64,000 nt of DNA, from NCBI RefSeq assembly GCF_006345805.1, contig NC_042998.1:92380001-92444000 (forward strand), written 5' to 3'. Both the position numbers and the translations under genes were made by a program. The notes under the pieces are model-generated. The model saw only the letters and a program-made list of their open reading frames with translations. It searched no databases and was not told the origin of the DNA. This document shows positions 52,602 to 64,000 of this stretch, piece by piece. Every line of letters starts with the position of its first letter. The stretch's first letter is position 1. This stretch comes from Octopus sinensis. Lineage: Eukaryota.

Positions 52602-55118
52602 TATTACTGTTATAAATAGAGACAACAGATAAAAATTTACTGATCACAAGCCAATACTAAAAGCAGCATCCTTCGCTTGATGTTTCTAAGATCAGAGATA
52701 ACTATTAATGAGTAATCAGCCTTATGGGGTGTGGAAGATGGAAGTTAACTGAAATAGTTTAAATAAGTTATTCTTGTCAACGATTTTCAAATTACAATAA
52801 AGCAAATATATATATTTATACATAAACTTATACATTTCAGAATGCTAATATATTTATATAAAAAAAATTCTGAAAAAAACACTCTTATTTACAGATATTT
52901 AGTTCATATTCTTTTGATGATCTGTTTGTTGTTTTGGAATTGTTTTTTAGTGATTCTTCTTATTGATTTTCATTACTATTATTATATAATTAAAAGAATT
53001 AATCTGTTCTTATTTCCATGAGTAGGTGGGGTTCTTTTTTTGTTTGTTTTTTGGGGGTTTTTTCCCAAATATTCTCAGACTGATATAGTTGAAACAATTG
53101 AAAATTGAAATTCAGTAAAATTCAATATTTTGAAAGAAAGTAAGTACAGAATGAGGCTGTACACAGATGTCACTATCACGAGAGAAAGGATGATGCAGCA
53201 CAATCAAAGAGGCACAGAATGTCAGTGAGATGGTGCTCATAGTGTGCTCAGATGCTATTTGTAGTGTGTTCAAAAGCAAAGACTCATCTGTTGAGTATTT
53301 TCAAGCACCATCAAGAATGGGAATGTTGCAGTTTCTCTGAGAAAGATATCTTTTATTGATTACTTGTTTCAGTCATTGGACTGCAGCTAATGCTGGGGTA
53401 CCATCTTGAAGGGTTTTAGTTGAAGGAACTGAACCCAGTTCTTATTTTTTAAGCCTAGTACTTATTCCATCAATCTCTTTTGCTGAATGCCAATTTATAA
53501 ACATGTAAACAAACCAACACCAGTTGTCAAGTGGTGGAGCAGTGGAAGTGGGGACAAACATGCACACACAGACAGATACATATATAGGTATATGGTAGGC
53601 TTCTTTCAGTTTCTGTCAACCAAACTCACAAAGCTTGCCCAAACTTGCCCAAATTTCCATGCAATGGGACTGAACGTGGAATCATGTTGCCAGGAAGCAA
53701 ACATCTTACCATGCAGTCACGTGATCAAATTTATAATGTGAGGATGTCATTGTGCTTTGTAAATGATAAGCAACAACTGTTTAGATTTTACATATTTCCT
53801 ACTTCAGGACAAAAAAAAAAAAAGCTTTTGATATGTTAAAAGTCTTTGACACAATATTTAAGATGTGAAATTAATCACTGAAACTAGTTATCTACCTATA
53901 CTTTTGAACATGTTTCATAAATGTTTACCGAATTTTAACTTAAAATTAATAAAATCTTTATCATGCTTAAAAACAAGGCAAATTGTTAGTTAGAATCAAT
54001 ATATAGTGGATCTAATGTAGCAATTAAGTATAATGGAAAGTATTGAGTTTTCAATAAACTGATAACTAAAAAAATGTATATATACATAAATTAGGAAATT
54101 TAATCATTAATATTATATAGAGTTTTATTACAAAGGAAACTTAATAATCTGTTCATTTTAACTAAAGTGAAGGTTTATGTTAACATTATTACAAATTCAA
54201 AATGGCAATGTAGTAAGAAATTCGCTTCCCAAACTGTTGGTATCAGGTCAAGTCCCACTGTATGGCATCTTGGGTAAGTGTCTTCCACTATAACTCTGAA
54301 CCATCCATACCTCATGACAGGATTTGGTACTAGGAAAATGAAAAAATCCTGTCCCCTCTGTCTGTCCGTCCGTCCGTGTGTGTATATTTGTGTATTGTCT
54401 TTACTATTACATGACAATTGTAAGAGAATACAACATCAGTCAAGTGGTATCATTTCTTTCTAGTTATTTGTGAAAAACATGGTCAACCAATGGGAAGTAT
54501 TATTTTACCTGAAAACAAGTGAGGGTTAGTGACAGGAAGGGGATCCAGCCACCAAAAATCTGTCTTATCCATTTGAGCATGGAAAAATGAACATGATAAT
54601 GATGATGATATTTTCTACAGGAAAATCTCAAAGTATTTAATAACAAACTACAATGAAGAGAAAACATGCTAGTCCATAAGTCACATATGTAAGGGCAATG
54701 TATGGCCCATTAATGTAAAATTTTCAAGAGAACTAAAAACTAATTTAGATAAACTGAGATTAGAGATGATTAAAAAATTGGGGCCATGAATCAATGTAAA
54801 TGGTAATTAAAATATTCCAGAAATGAAACATAAAATATCAATTTTGCAGCTGCAATTGGTAAATCAATATTTGCTGACCTGTAGCTTTGAACAGATGTCT
54901 AAAACTTACAAGAATTTCTTCAGTTCTTCCATTTCTTGTCTGTAGTCCTCAAATTGCAGACTGTACAAAATCTTGGTGAAGCTTGCTTCCCAACTACATG
55001 GTTCTGGGTTCAGTCCCACTGTGTGGCACCTAGAGCAAGTGTCATCTACTATAGCCTCAGGCCAACCAAAGCCTTGTTAGTGGATTTGGAAGACAGAAAC
55101 TGAAAGAAGCCCATTGTG

Positions 55119-55163
<45 letters not shown>

Positions 55164-58100
55164 TTGTCCCCCCACAATCGCTTGACAACTGATGCTGATG
55201 TGTTTATGTTCCCATAACTTAGTGATTCAGCAAAAAGAGATTGATAGCATAAGTACTAGGCTTACAAAGTATAAGTCCAAGGGTCAATTTGTTCGACTAA
55301 AGGCAGTGCTCCAGCATGGCTGCAGCAAAATGACTGAAACAAATAAAAGTACCATTTAATGTTTGTTTTCTTTGTTTTCCATGCTTGGCATGAGCTGGAC
55401 AGTTTGACAGGATGAATCACCCCACAGAGCTGCATCAGGCCACAATATCAGCTTTGGTATGGTTTCTTTAGCTGGATGCCATTCTGAACACCAACCACGT
55501 TACAGAGTGTATGGGGTACTTATTTTGTGACACTAGTAGTAGTGAGATCATCTATTAACTTTCAAGACAAAGTAAAGTAAAGGTAGCAGTTCGCTTGACT
55601 AAATGGAGGTGTCAATTGTTTTTTTTTTATACCTTGAATCTGTTTGTGCATGGAATGTTTATTAGAATTTTGACTACAAAGTCAATCTTGATTGCAAAGA
55701 TATCTAACACATTGTGTAAAAAACAAACAAACACATTTCTAATAAAGTAACGTCATATAGCTACCTTTTGCATAGAAATTTCTATACTTTTTGTTAACAA
55801 GAATCTCATATAAGGTCTCCTTTAGTAGTGATAAGCAGAAAAGAAATTGTGGTTTTCCTCAAAGGCAAACATGCTTTATTTTTTCTGAAAGAATTTAATG
55901 AGATTCCAGAAACTTCTCTTTTTTTTTTTATGTATTCTTAATAAATTACCTTGCATTAAGAATATGTTAACAAATAGTATAGTAAGACAAAAAATATTTA
56001 AAAAACTTAGTTATCACCCTAAATACAATCATTCTTCACAAACTGGTTTATCGTGTATTTTATATCAGTGTTAAAAATACTAATAAATCTCTGACTCCCA
56101 ACAATAATTCAACTAAATACATACTGCTCATTATCTGGTTTTGTCAATAAATACAGCCAATAAATCAATATCTATTCAGTCTAGCATTTAACATTTCTGC
56201 AAAACCAGTGACCTGACAATAACTTGTGTCGAAGGACATGTTTAACAATTAACTTGCATGTGGCACCCAAATTAGTAGAAACTCTGTTAATAGTAGTTGT
56301 AGTAAATTAATTTATCATCCAATTTTCCTTTCCACGGTTTTATTATATGTGACAAGAGTAATAAGGAGGAAGTCTAATCTAAAAGAAAACTGTTACTATA
56401 ATTGAAAGATCATTTTCTTTGTAGGAAACTTACAATGTGTATATACAGAACATAATTACTTGGCAAGATCTCTATAAATTAAAAATATAAATATTTCCTT
56501 GTATTTGAAAGCCAACAATGCAAGTCTGGTGATATATATGTAGGGCTTTGTCAACACCAAATACAAACATAGTGGTATTATTTCAGGTCAAGTCTAGAAA
56601 ATAGAGTTTTATCACTATTTCAGTATATAATGAATGTAAAAAGCATGCATATAATAGGTTTTGATAAAAAAATCTTTTCAACAATACTTATATCCTAATA
56701 TTCAGTGTGAAAATATCATTCATATTGTCAGTTGCTAAAACAGGAAATATTCTCATTTCCTATAATCTTCCTTGATCATGCTACATGTTGATTATCAGAT
56801 AATCTGATATTAATAATTTACATGATAATATAGTAACAATATTTTGCTTCTGAGTCTTATTTTAAAAGAATAATATCATGTCTGGCAGTATGAGAAAAGA
56901 TCTCAGGATGAAATGTTGAGTAATGCAAGGTGAAGTTGAGCTGGGGAAATGATTAAATATTGAAAACATCTGATATATGAACGTGAGATAACTACACTGG
57001 AATGGATATATAATGTGAACAAATGGTTTCAAGAAGATAAACTAGAGAATGAAGTGATCAAATCAAATCTATACAGATTATCTTATAATTATTATTATTG
57101 TTGTTATCATTGTTATCATCATCATTCTTTTTCCTCTTGTTGTTATTGTTATCATCATTATTATTAAGGCGGATGAACTGGCAAAATCATTAGCCTACCA
57201 GAAAAACGTTCTGAGTTCAAACTCCGCTGAGGATGACTTCACCTTTCATCCTTTCAGAATCGATAAAATAAGTACTTGTTGGGTACTGGGGTCAATGTAA
57301 TCAACTAGCCCCACCCACCAAATTTCCAGCTTTATGCCTATAATACAAAAGATTATTATTATTGGGATGTGGGCCCTGAATGCAGAGGACACATGAAGGC
57401 TGGAGGGGAATGACCCTAGTATGCTCTGCTGAATGTGCAATGTAAGTATACAAGTGAGACAGAGTGCTAGTATTGAGAGGAAAGTTAGGAATTAGATGCA
57501 GTGAGCAAGAAAGAAGACTGCACTTGTAGGCCATGTGAGACATATAGATGTAGATAGTTGCATAAAGAAGTGCTGATCACTTAAAGTGGATCTCAGGACA
57601 CTGTACCTTATTAAGGAGATGACAAAGGACCAAGATATCTGGCACTTTACTGTACTCAAGAAGACCTGTCCACCACAGAAGAATTGTTAATTCCCCACCC
57701 CAACCAGCTGAAGGAATTTTTGCCTTGCAAGTGCCCTCATGCGAGTCCATGTAAAAAGCACCCATCTCAGACAAAATGCTTAGTGACATTTCTTCTGGCT
57801 CTCTATGTTCTGGGTTCAAATCATGAGGTCAACTTTGTTTTTCATCCTTTAAGGGTCAATAAAATAGAATATCACTTGAGTACTAGAATTGATATGATGA
57901 ACTTGCCCCCACACCTCAAAACTGCTGCCTTGCGCCAACATTAGAAATAATAATAATTATTATTATTATTATCATTATAGCAACCAGATTGAACAGTATT
58001 TCACCTGTTGCTACGTTCTGAGTTCAAATTCTACTGAAGTCAACTTTACCTTTCATCTTTGAAGGATCAATAAATTAAGTACCAGTGAAACACTGGGGAT

Positions 58101-58300
58101 AGATGTAATCGACTAGCTCCTTTCCCCCAAATTTCAGGCTGTGTGCCTTTAGTAGAAAGGATTATTATTATTATTGCACATTTAAAAAAAAAACCCTTAC
58201 AACACACACATTCTTTGTTTTGTCCTGTGCTGTCCATAACGTTTTTCTTAATGTAAACCCTTGTGGTTAATAAAGAGTCATTATTATTATTCATCATCAT

Positions 58301-58985
58301 CATCATCATCATTTAACGTCCGCTTTCCATGCTAGCATCGGTTGGACGGTTCAACTGGGGTCTGGGGAGCCCGAAAGCTGCACCAGTCCAGTCAGATCTG
58401 GCAGTGTTTCTACAGCTGGATGCCCTTCCTAACGCCAACCACTCCGAGAGTGTAGTGGGTGATTTTATGTGCCACCGACACAGGTGCCAGACGAGGCTGG
58501 CAAACGGCCACGCTTGGATGGTGTTTTTTTATGTGCCACCGACACAGGTGCCAGACGAGGCTGGCAGACGGCCACGCTCGGATGGTGTTTTTATGTGCCA
58601 CCGACACAGGTGCCAGACGAGGCTGGCAGACGGCCACGCTCGGATGGTGTTTTTATGTGCCACCGACACAGGTGCCAGATGAGGCTGGCAAACGGCCACG
58701 ATCGGATGGTGTTTGTTACGTGCCCACAGCACGGAGGCCAGTCGATGCGGTACTGGCTACGGCCACGTTCGGATGGTTTTCTTGTGTGCCATGTGCCACC
58801 GGCACTGGTACCACAAAGATACAAATTCCATTGATGTTCATCTATTTTGATTTGTTTTGATTTTCACTTGCCTCAACAGGTCTTCACAAGTGTCACAAGA
58901 AGGAAGGTAAGCACAGGTGGACTGACTACGTCCCAGGTAAGGGCCACGGGTTATGGCCTGACTAGTCTTGCCGGGTCTTCGGATG
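58301..58985 (-). mobile_element. RTE 3' UTR-derived element with (GAT)n tail
   Basis: Same terminal module as the other RTE tails (cccttcctaacgccaaccactccgagagtgtagtgg), preceded on the plus strand by a (CAT)n run. Confidence 0.8.
58463..58712. repeat. Tandem repeat, 4 x 62-64 bp, near identical
   Basis: atgtgccaccgacacaggtgccagacgaggctggcagacggccacgctcggatggtgtttt at 58467, 58531, 58593 and 58655. Confidence 0.92.
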
Positions 58986-59287
58986 GTGTTTTTATGTGCC
59001 AATTATTCAGTAGTCTTATTTTTATCACATGCTTTCACTGCACTACCGAGCACAGCTCCGTGTACCTTGGGTATGTGCTGTGGTTTGTTATGGCTCTCTT
59101 ATTTTCACCGTATAGAAAGTGTTTCACACAGGATGTGTATGGTGCCTAGTAGTGCTATTTTTTCTATGTTATATACACTTGTAAGTCCTGGTGTTTTTGT
59201 AATGTATTATCCTTATTATACAAAGGCTATTACATGATAATTCAATCAGCAGAGATATTATGTTGAGATTTGGTGACAATAAATCTC

Positions 59288-59680
59288 AAGAACTTTCCTT
59301 AGGATTCTTGTAGAATTCAGCATAGCACATTTTGCAAACACACAATATTTCAGTTCTAATATCCTTCAGCCTCTTCTGTAGCAATGTTGGCCATTATGTC
59401 ATGTGCAACAGTTACATCTTCATCTGTCTGGCTACATACTGATATTTCTCAATCTTCTTAGCTTACTTTCCATGCACTCTATCTCACAAAATTTCAAAAT
59501 CATACAAGATTTGTACTTTCAGTCTTCCATGATCATATCTAGTCTCCCTGCTTCAACAGAATAGTCAATTTTCATGGCGAAATCCAGTAAAATTCTGTAA
59601 GCATCATTTGCCATAATATTCTCTGGTTTGTGTACATACCACTTTTCTATCACTTCATATCCACAAACATCTTTTTTGTA
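59288..59680 (-). mobile_element. Decayed RLE-type non-LTR retrotransposon 3' end (R4/NeSL-like)
   Basis: EKWYVHKPENIMANDAYRILLDFAMKIDYSVEAGRLDMIM...EKYQYVARQM...AKCAMLNSTRILRKVL, with stops and frameshifts. Confidence 0.7.
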
Positions 59681-61029
59681 ATATGAAATCTCTTAGGTCA
59701 GTTTAGAAAATCTCATTTTAGATATATTTGCCTAGCTTGAGTGATTTATAACAATTTATCTTCAATTCATATTATTTTTCATCCCATTTCATTCAACTAC
59801 CTCTCTCATAAAAATTTAATTTATGACCAAATATTTAGAATATTTGATATTGTATCACATAATATCACATAACAGCAATATCATTGCTGGAGACAAGGAT
59901 AGCTTGAATATATCTATTAAATTTCCATCATTTTGGAGACCTGATGTTACATCTCTTTAATGTTTTAACATACATATAAAGAGTCTAGAATTTATTTGTT
60001 CAAGTCTTGTAATTAAGCCTCACAATAAAATATTCATCCAAATAAAGCTGCAGCCATTCATTGTTCTTCACCAACAGAAACCTTAATGTATTGCATTTCC
60101 CAAACTCTCACATCAAGCTTTGTTAACTATTATGGATTACTTGAGTATTGGGTTGAGTCACATGAAACACCAAGTATGCAACACTTGCAATGCTTCAATA
60201 TTATGTTGTGCATACATAGAGGAGTGGAAATACGAACTCACTAACACATGCACATACGTCCAGACATTGTAACTTCTGCAGATTAAAAATTCTCTCACAT
60301 TCCAAAAGCTATTATTTAGCATTATAAAAGATGGTATTTGATGCCAGAGGTTGCTTAACTTAACTGTTCAGAGTGCTCAGCCAGAATTTGAGAAGTACAG
60401 GGTTCAATTCTCTGTAGCAGCATCCTGGCTACTCCCCACCCTATCTTCTAAAAGTACTTGCCCAATTTTCTAAGCTGTATTCACAGCTATTCTGCATTTG
60501 AGATTTACTTTATTTTCTGTAATATAATATATGTATATCCTCATCATCCTCATTATCATTATCATCATCATCATCATTTAATATCCATTTTCTATGCTGG
60601 CATGGGTTGGACGGTTTGACTGGGGACTGGCAAGCCAGGAAGCTGCACCGGGATCCAATCTGATCTGACAATGTTGCCACAGCTGGATGTCCTTCCTAAC
60701 ACCAATCATTCTGAGAGTGTAGTCGGTGCTCTTTATGTGCCACTGGCACAGAAGCCAGTCAGGTGGCACTGGCATTAGCCACATTTGGCTGGTGCTTTTT
60801 ATATGCTACCCACACAGGAGTCAGTCAGGGTGGGGTGGGGTGGGGCTGGTATTGACCATGTTCGGATGGTGGTTTTTACATGCCACCTGCACGGGGAGAC
60901 AGTCAGGCAGCACTGGCAATAACCCACACATGAATAGTGCTTATTGCGTGCCACCAGAATGAGAGCCAGTCAAGCAGCACTAGCAACAGCCACAACTACA
61001 ATTTCCATTTTTGATTGTGATTTGATTTT

Positions 61030-61078
<49 letters not shown>

Positions 61079-61449
61079 TCTTTTACTTGTTTCAGTCATT
61101 TGACTGCGGCCATGCTGGAGCACTGCCTTTAGTCGAGCAAATTGACCCCAGGACTTATAATTTGGAAGCCTAGTACTAATTCTATCGGTCTCTTTTGCCG
61201 AACAGCTAAGTTATGGGAATGTAAACACACTACCATTGGTTGTCAAGCGATACTGGGAGGACAAACACAGACACACACACATACATATATACGACAGGCT
61301 TCTTTCAGTTTCCGTCTACCAAATCCACTCATAAGGCTTTGGTCGGCCCAAGGCTATAGTAGAAGACATTTGCCCAAGGTGCCACGCAGTGGGACTGAAC
61401 CCAGAACCATGTGGTTGGGAAGCAAGCTACTTACCACACAGCCACTCCT
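61079..61449 (-). mobile_element. tRNA-headed CORE-like SINE, family 1 (near full-length)
   Basis: Reverse complement of the 44699..45066 type, flanked by (TA)n on both sides. Confidence 0.85.
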
Positions 61450-61457
61450 GCTTATAT

Positions 61458-61494
<37 letters not shown>

Positions 61495-61585
61495 CGAAAC
61501 GTAGAAGACTTTCTTACTTCCCAAGTGTTAACTGTTTGTTGTTTACACACCCATCTTTGTCTTTTGTTTTTTTGTAAATTCTCAC

Positions 61586-61647
<62 letters not shown>

Positions 61648-62147
61648 TAGAAAACTAAGATAAACACAGGTATAAATTATTACTTTCTGCATACATTTCA
61701 CCATTGCAATAGTGAAACATAAGTAGAAACTAATAATTTCTACTTGAGTGTATCTTAATTTTCCACTACATATGGCCTCTATGTCATTACTAGTAAGACT
61801 GCTAAGCACAGTGGTAAACTAACCAATGTACCGGAAGCTGCCTGAATAATCTGAAGCTCTTGATACAATAGTATTCACACATCTAACTGCACACACAAGA
61901 TATATAATAATTTAAATGATATTTTTTATAAAGATATACCTGTCAGCTTTATAAGGTGAATTCTACAAAAAAGATGTGATTTTCTCTATATATATTTTTG
62001 TTGCCAAATACTCTGAATTTCCTGAAATTCCTCTAAATAGTATTTGGATCCTCTTGTCATACATGAGGAATGTGTATTTCACTTACATTTACTGGTGTCT
62101 GATTGTTGGATATAAAGCATAATAATAATATATTATTATTATTATTA

Positions 62148-62445
62148 GAGTGAAGACCCTCTTTGGTCTTGAATGACCATGGATTGCACCTAGAAAGTTA
62201 CCTTCCAAGGTACAAGTTCAGGCAAGGTTGTTTATAGAAGACCAGCAGTTGCCCATGCATACCAGCCTCCTCTCTCCACACCGCCAGTGTTATCCAAGGG
62301 AAAGGTAAAGGCCAATACAGCTTGGCACCAGTGACTGGAGCAATATGAATTAAAGTGTCTTGCTCAAGAACACAGCCCAGTCCAGGAATTGAACTCACTA
62401 CCTCAGGATTGTGAATCCAATAATCTAACAGCTGAACCATGTTCC
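62148..62445 (-). mobile_element. tRNA-headed SINE of a third family
   Basis: Minus-strand head ...gttagattattggattcacaatcctgaggtagtgagttcaattcc (tRNA-like) and a body shared with partial copies near 6280..6420, 10320..10460, 27750 and 42850..43050. Confidence 0.6.
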
Positions 62446-62516
62446 TTAGTTAACCAAATTCATTTAAAACTGAGTGCTTTATTGATATCTGGAGTTTTTA
62501 ATTCTGTTTTTTTCTT

Positions 62517-62558
<42 letters not shown>

Positions 62559-63329
62559 TTTTGCTTGTTTCAGTCATTTGACTGTGGCTATGCTGGAGCA
62601 CCACCTTAAAGGGTTTTTTAGTTGAAGAAATTGATCCCAGAACTTATTCTTCGTAAGCCTAGTACTTATTCTATCAATCTCTTTTGCCGAACTGGTAAGT
62701 TATGGGGATGTAAACACACCAACATCGGTTGTCAAGCAATAGTGGGGTGGGGAGACAGACACAAAGACAAGATCATCATCATTGTTTAACGTCTGCTTTC
62801 CATGCTGCCATGTGTTGGACGGTTTGACTTAGGACTGGCAAGCCAAAAGGCTGCACCAGGCTCCAATCTGATCTGGCAAGGTTTTCACATTGATGCCCTT
62901 CCTAAAGCCAACCACTCCAAGAGTGTAGTGGGTATGTTTTACGTGCCACCGGTACGTGGGCAAGTCAGACAGTACTGGCATTGACTATGCTTGAATGATG
63001 CTTTTTTCATGCAACTGGTACAGGAACAGTCAAGCAACACTGGCAACGACCATGCTCAAATGCCGCTTTTTACATGCCACAGGCATGGGAGCCAGTCAGG
63101 CGGCACATATATACAACAAGCTTCTTTCAGTTTCCATCTCCCAAATCCACTCACAAGGCTTTGGTTGGCTCGAGGCTATAGTAGAAGACACTTGCCCAAG
63201 GCGCCATGCAGTGGTACTGAACCTCAAACCATGTGGTTGGGAAGCAAGTTTCTTACCACACACCCACACCTACACCTGTACATATACTCTTGTTCTGAGT
63301 TCCATTTTTCATGTTTGTATGAGCAAACC

Positions 63330-63360
<31 letters not shown>

Positions 63361-64000
63361 GCACACACACAACTAAATGTTCATGTACTTTAAAAATGAA
63401 AATTATTGAAAGATTAACCCATAATTACTATGCATGCTTTTTCATATTTTGAATGCAGGTACCCAAGCATCAAAACATTCACCTCAAGAATTTCTACTCA
63501 AGTAAAACTGAATAAAGTGCCATTAATTCAGATAATTATTAAAATTATTAATAACAATCAATTATCGTTATTATCAATGTTACGAAAATGAATGTCAAAC
63601 CTTTTAGCATTCATATTACTCAGTCAAAGGTGATGCTTATTTATTCACACTGTTTTGAATTAATCCTGTATTATCTCATAGCATTGAGATTTTGATGATG
63701 TGACTGTTTATTCTTATGACATTATAGGGAGGTGTGAGAAGCTGGGCATGGCCACTTTGAACATAAAACAAGTTGAATATTTGGGTCAGATATGATTGCT
63801 TTAAATTCTAAAGGATTAAAGTGACAGAAACAGTCAAGTAGTGACTTCGATGAGCTGCAGCATTTAATTTCTATTTAATTTTACATTGCATTTAATTGTA
63901 TTTTGACTTCAAACCTCTGTGGAATTAACTTTGTGTTTCATAATTCTGGTACTAACAAAATTAGTATCATTAATATATGTGTAGACATGGCTGAGCAGTA

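Noticed and set aside
56434-56471. 38-nt minus-strand exon candidate (tag|...|gtaagt)
   Set aside because: The length is not a multiple of three and neither open frame resembles ANKIB1.
58463-58712. CRISPR-like regular repeats (also 4271..4515)
   Set aside because: There are no unique spacers and no cas genes, the context is eukaryotic, and the units are retroposon sub-repeats or a minisatellite.
62087-62098. 12-nt minus-strand microexon candidate (cag|ACACCAGTAAAT|gtaagt, TPVN)
   Set aside because: The acceptor is weak, and AG...GTAAGT pairs are expected by chance in 64 kb of AT-rich DNA; no homology support.
42658-64000. Expected upstream ankyrin exons of ANKIB1 (TPLHYAA-type motifs)
   Set aside because: A by-eye scan of the minus strand found none. 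They are probably beyond the window, but a short divergent exon could have been missed; tBLASTn with an orthologue would settle it.

Overview
AT-rich, CpG-poor eukaryotic DNA dense in microsatellites, tRNA-headed SINEs, RTE-type LINE fragments and decayed Tc1/mariner elements. The repeat landscape suggests an octopus (coleoid cephalopod) genome; this is an inference from recalled repeat families. The only host gene I can support is on the minus strand: seven internal coding exons (42657->8320, 875 nt, all GT-AG, phases joining into one open frame of 291 codons + 2 nt) of an ANKIB1-type RBR E3 ubiquitin ligase. They encode the last ankyrin repeat, an acidic linker, an Ariadne UBA-like region, RING1 and the start of IBR. 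The first ankyrin exons (>21 kb upstream) and the RING2/Ariadne exons (>8 kb downstream) were not found and probably lie outside the window. The most interesting intronic features are: (i) a 440-bp hairpin element with a 12-bp target-site duplication, a tRNA-like centre and a minimal hammerhead ribozyme in each arm, as in Penelope-like elements; (ii) two further minimal hammerheads with variant cores; (iii) a young 372-bp fold-back made by template switching inside a retroposon tail; (iv) two back-to-back exact tandem duplications with (CA)n breakpoints, which may be assembly artefacts. Most ORFs in the supplied track are microsatellite or repeat artefacts. All coordinates were read by eye.
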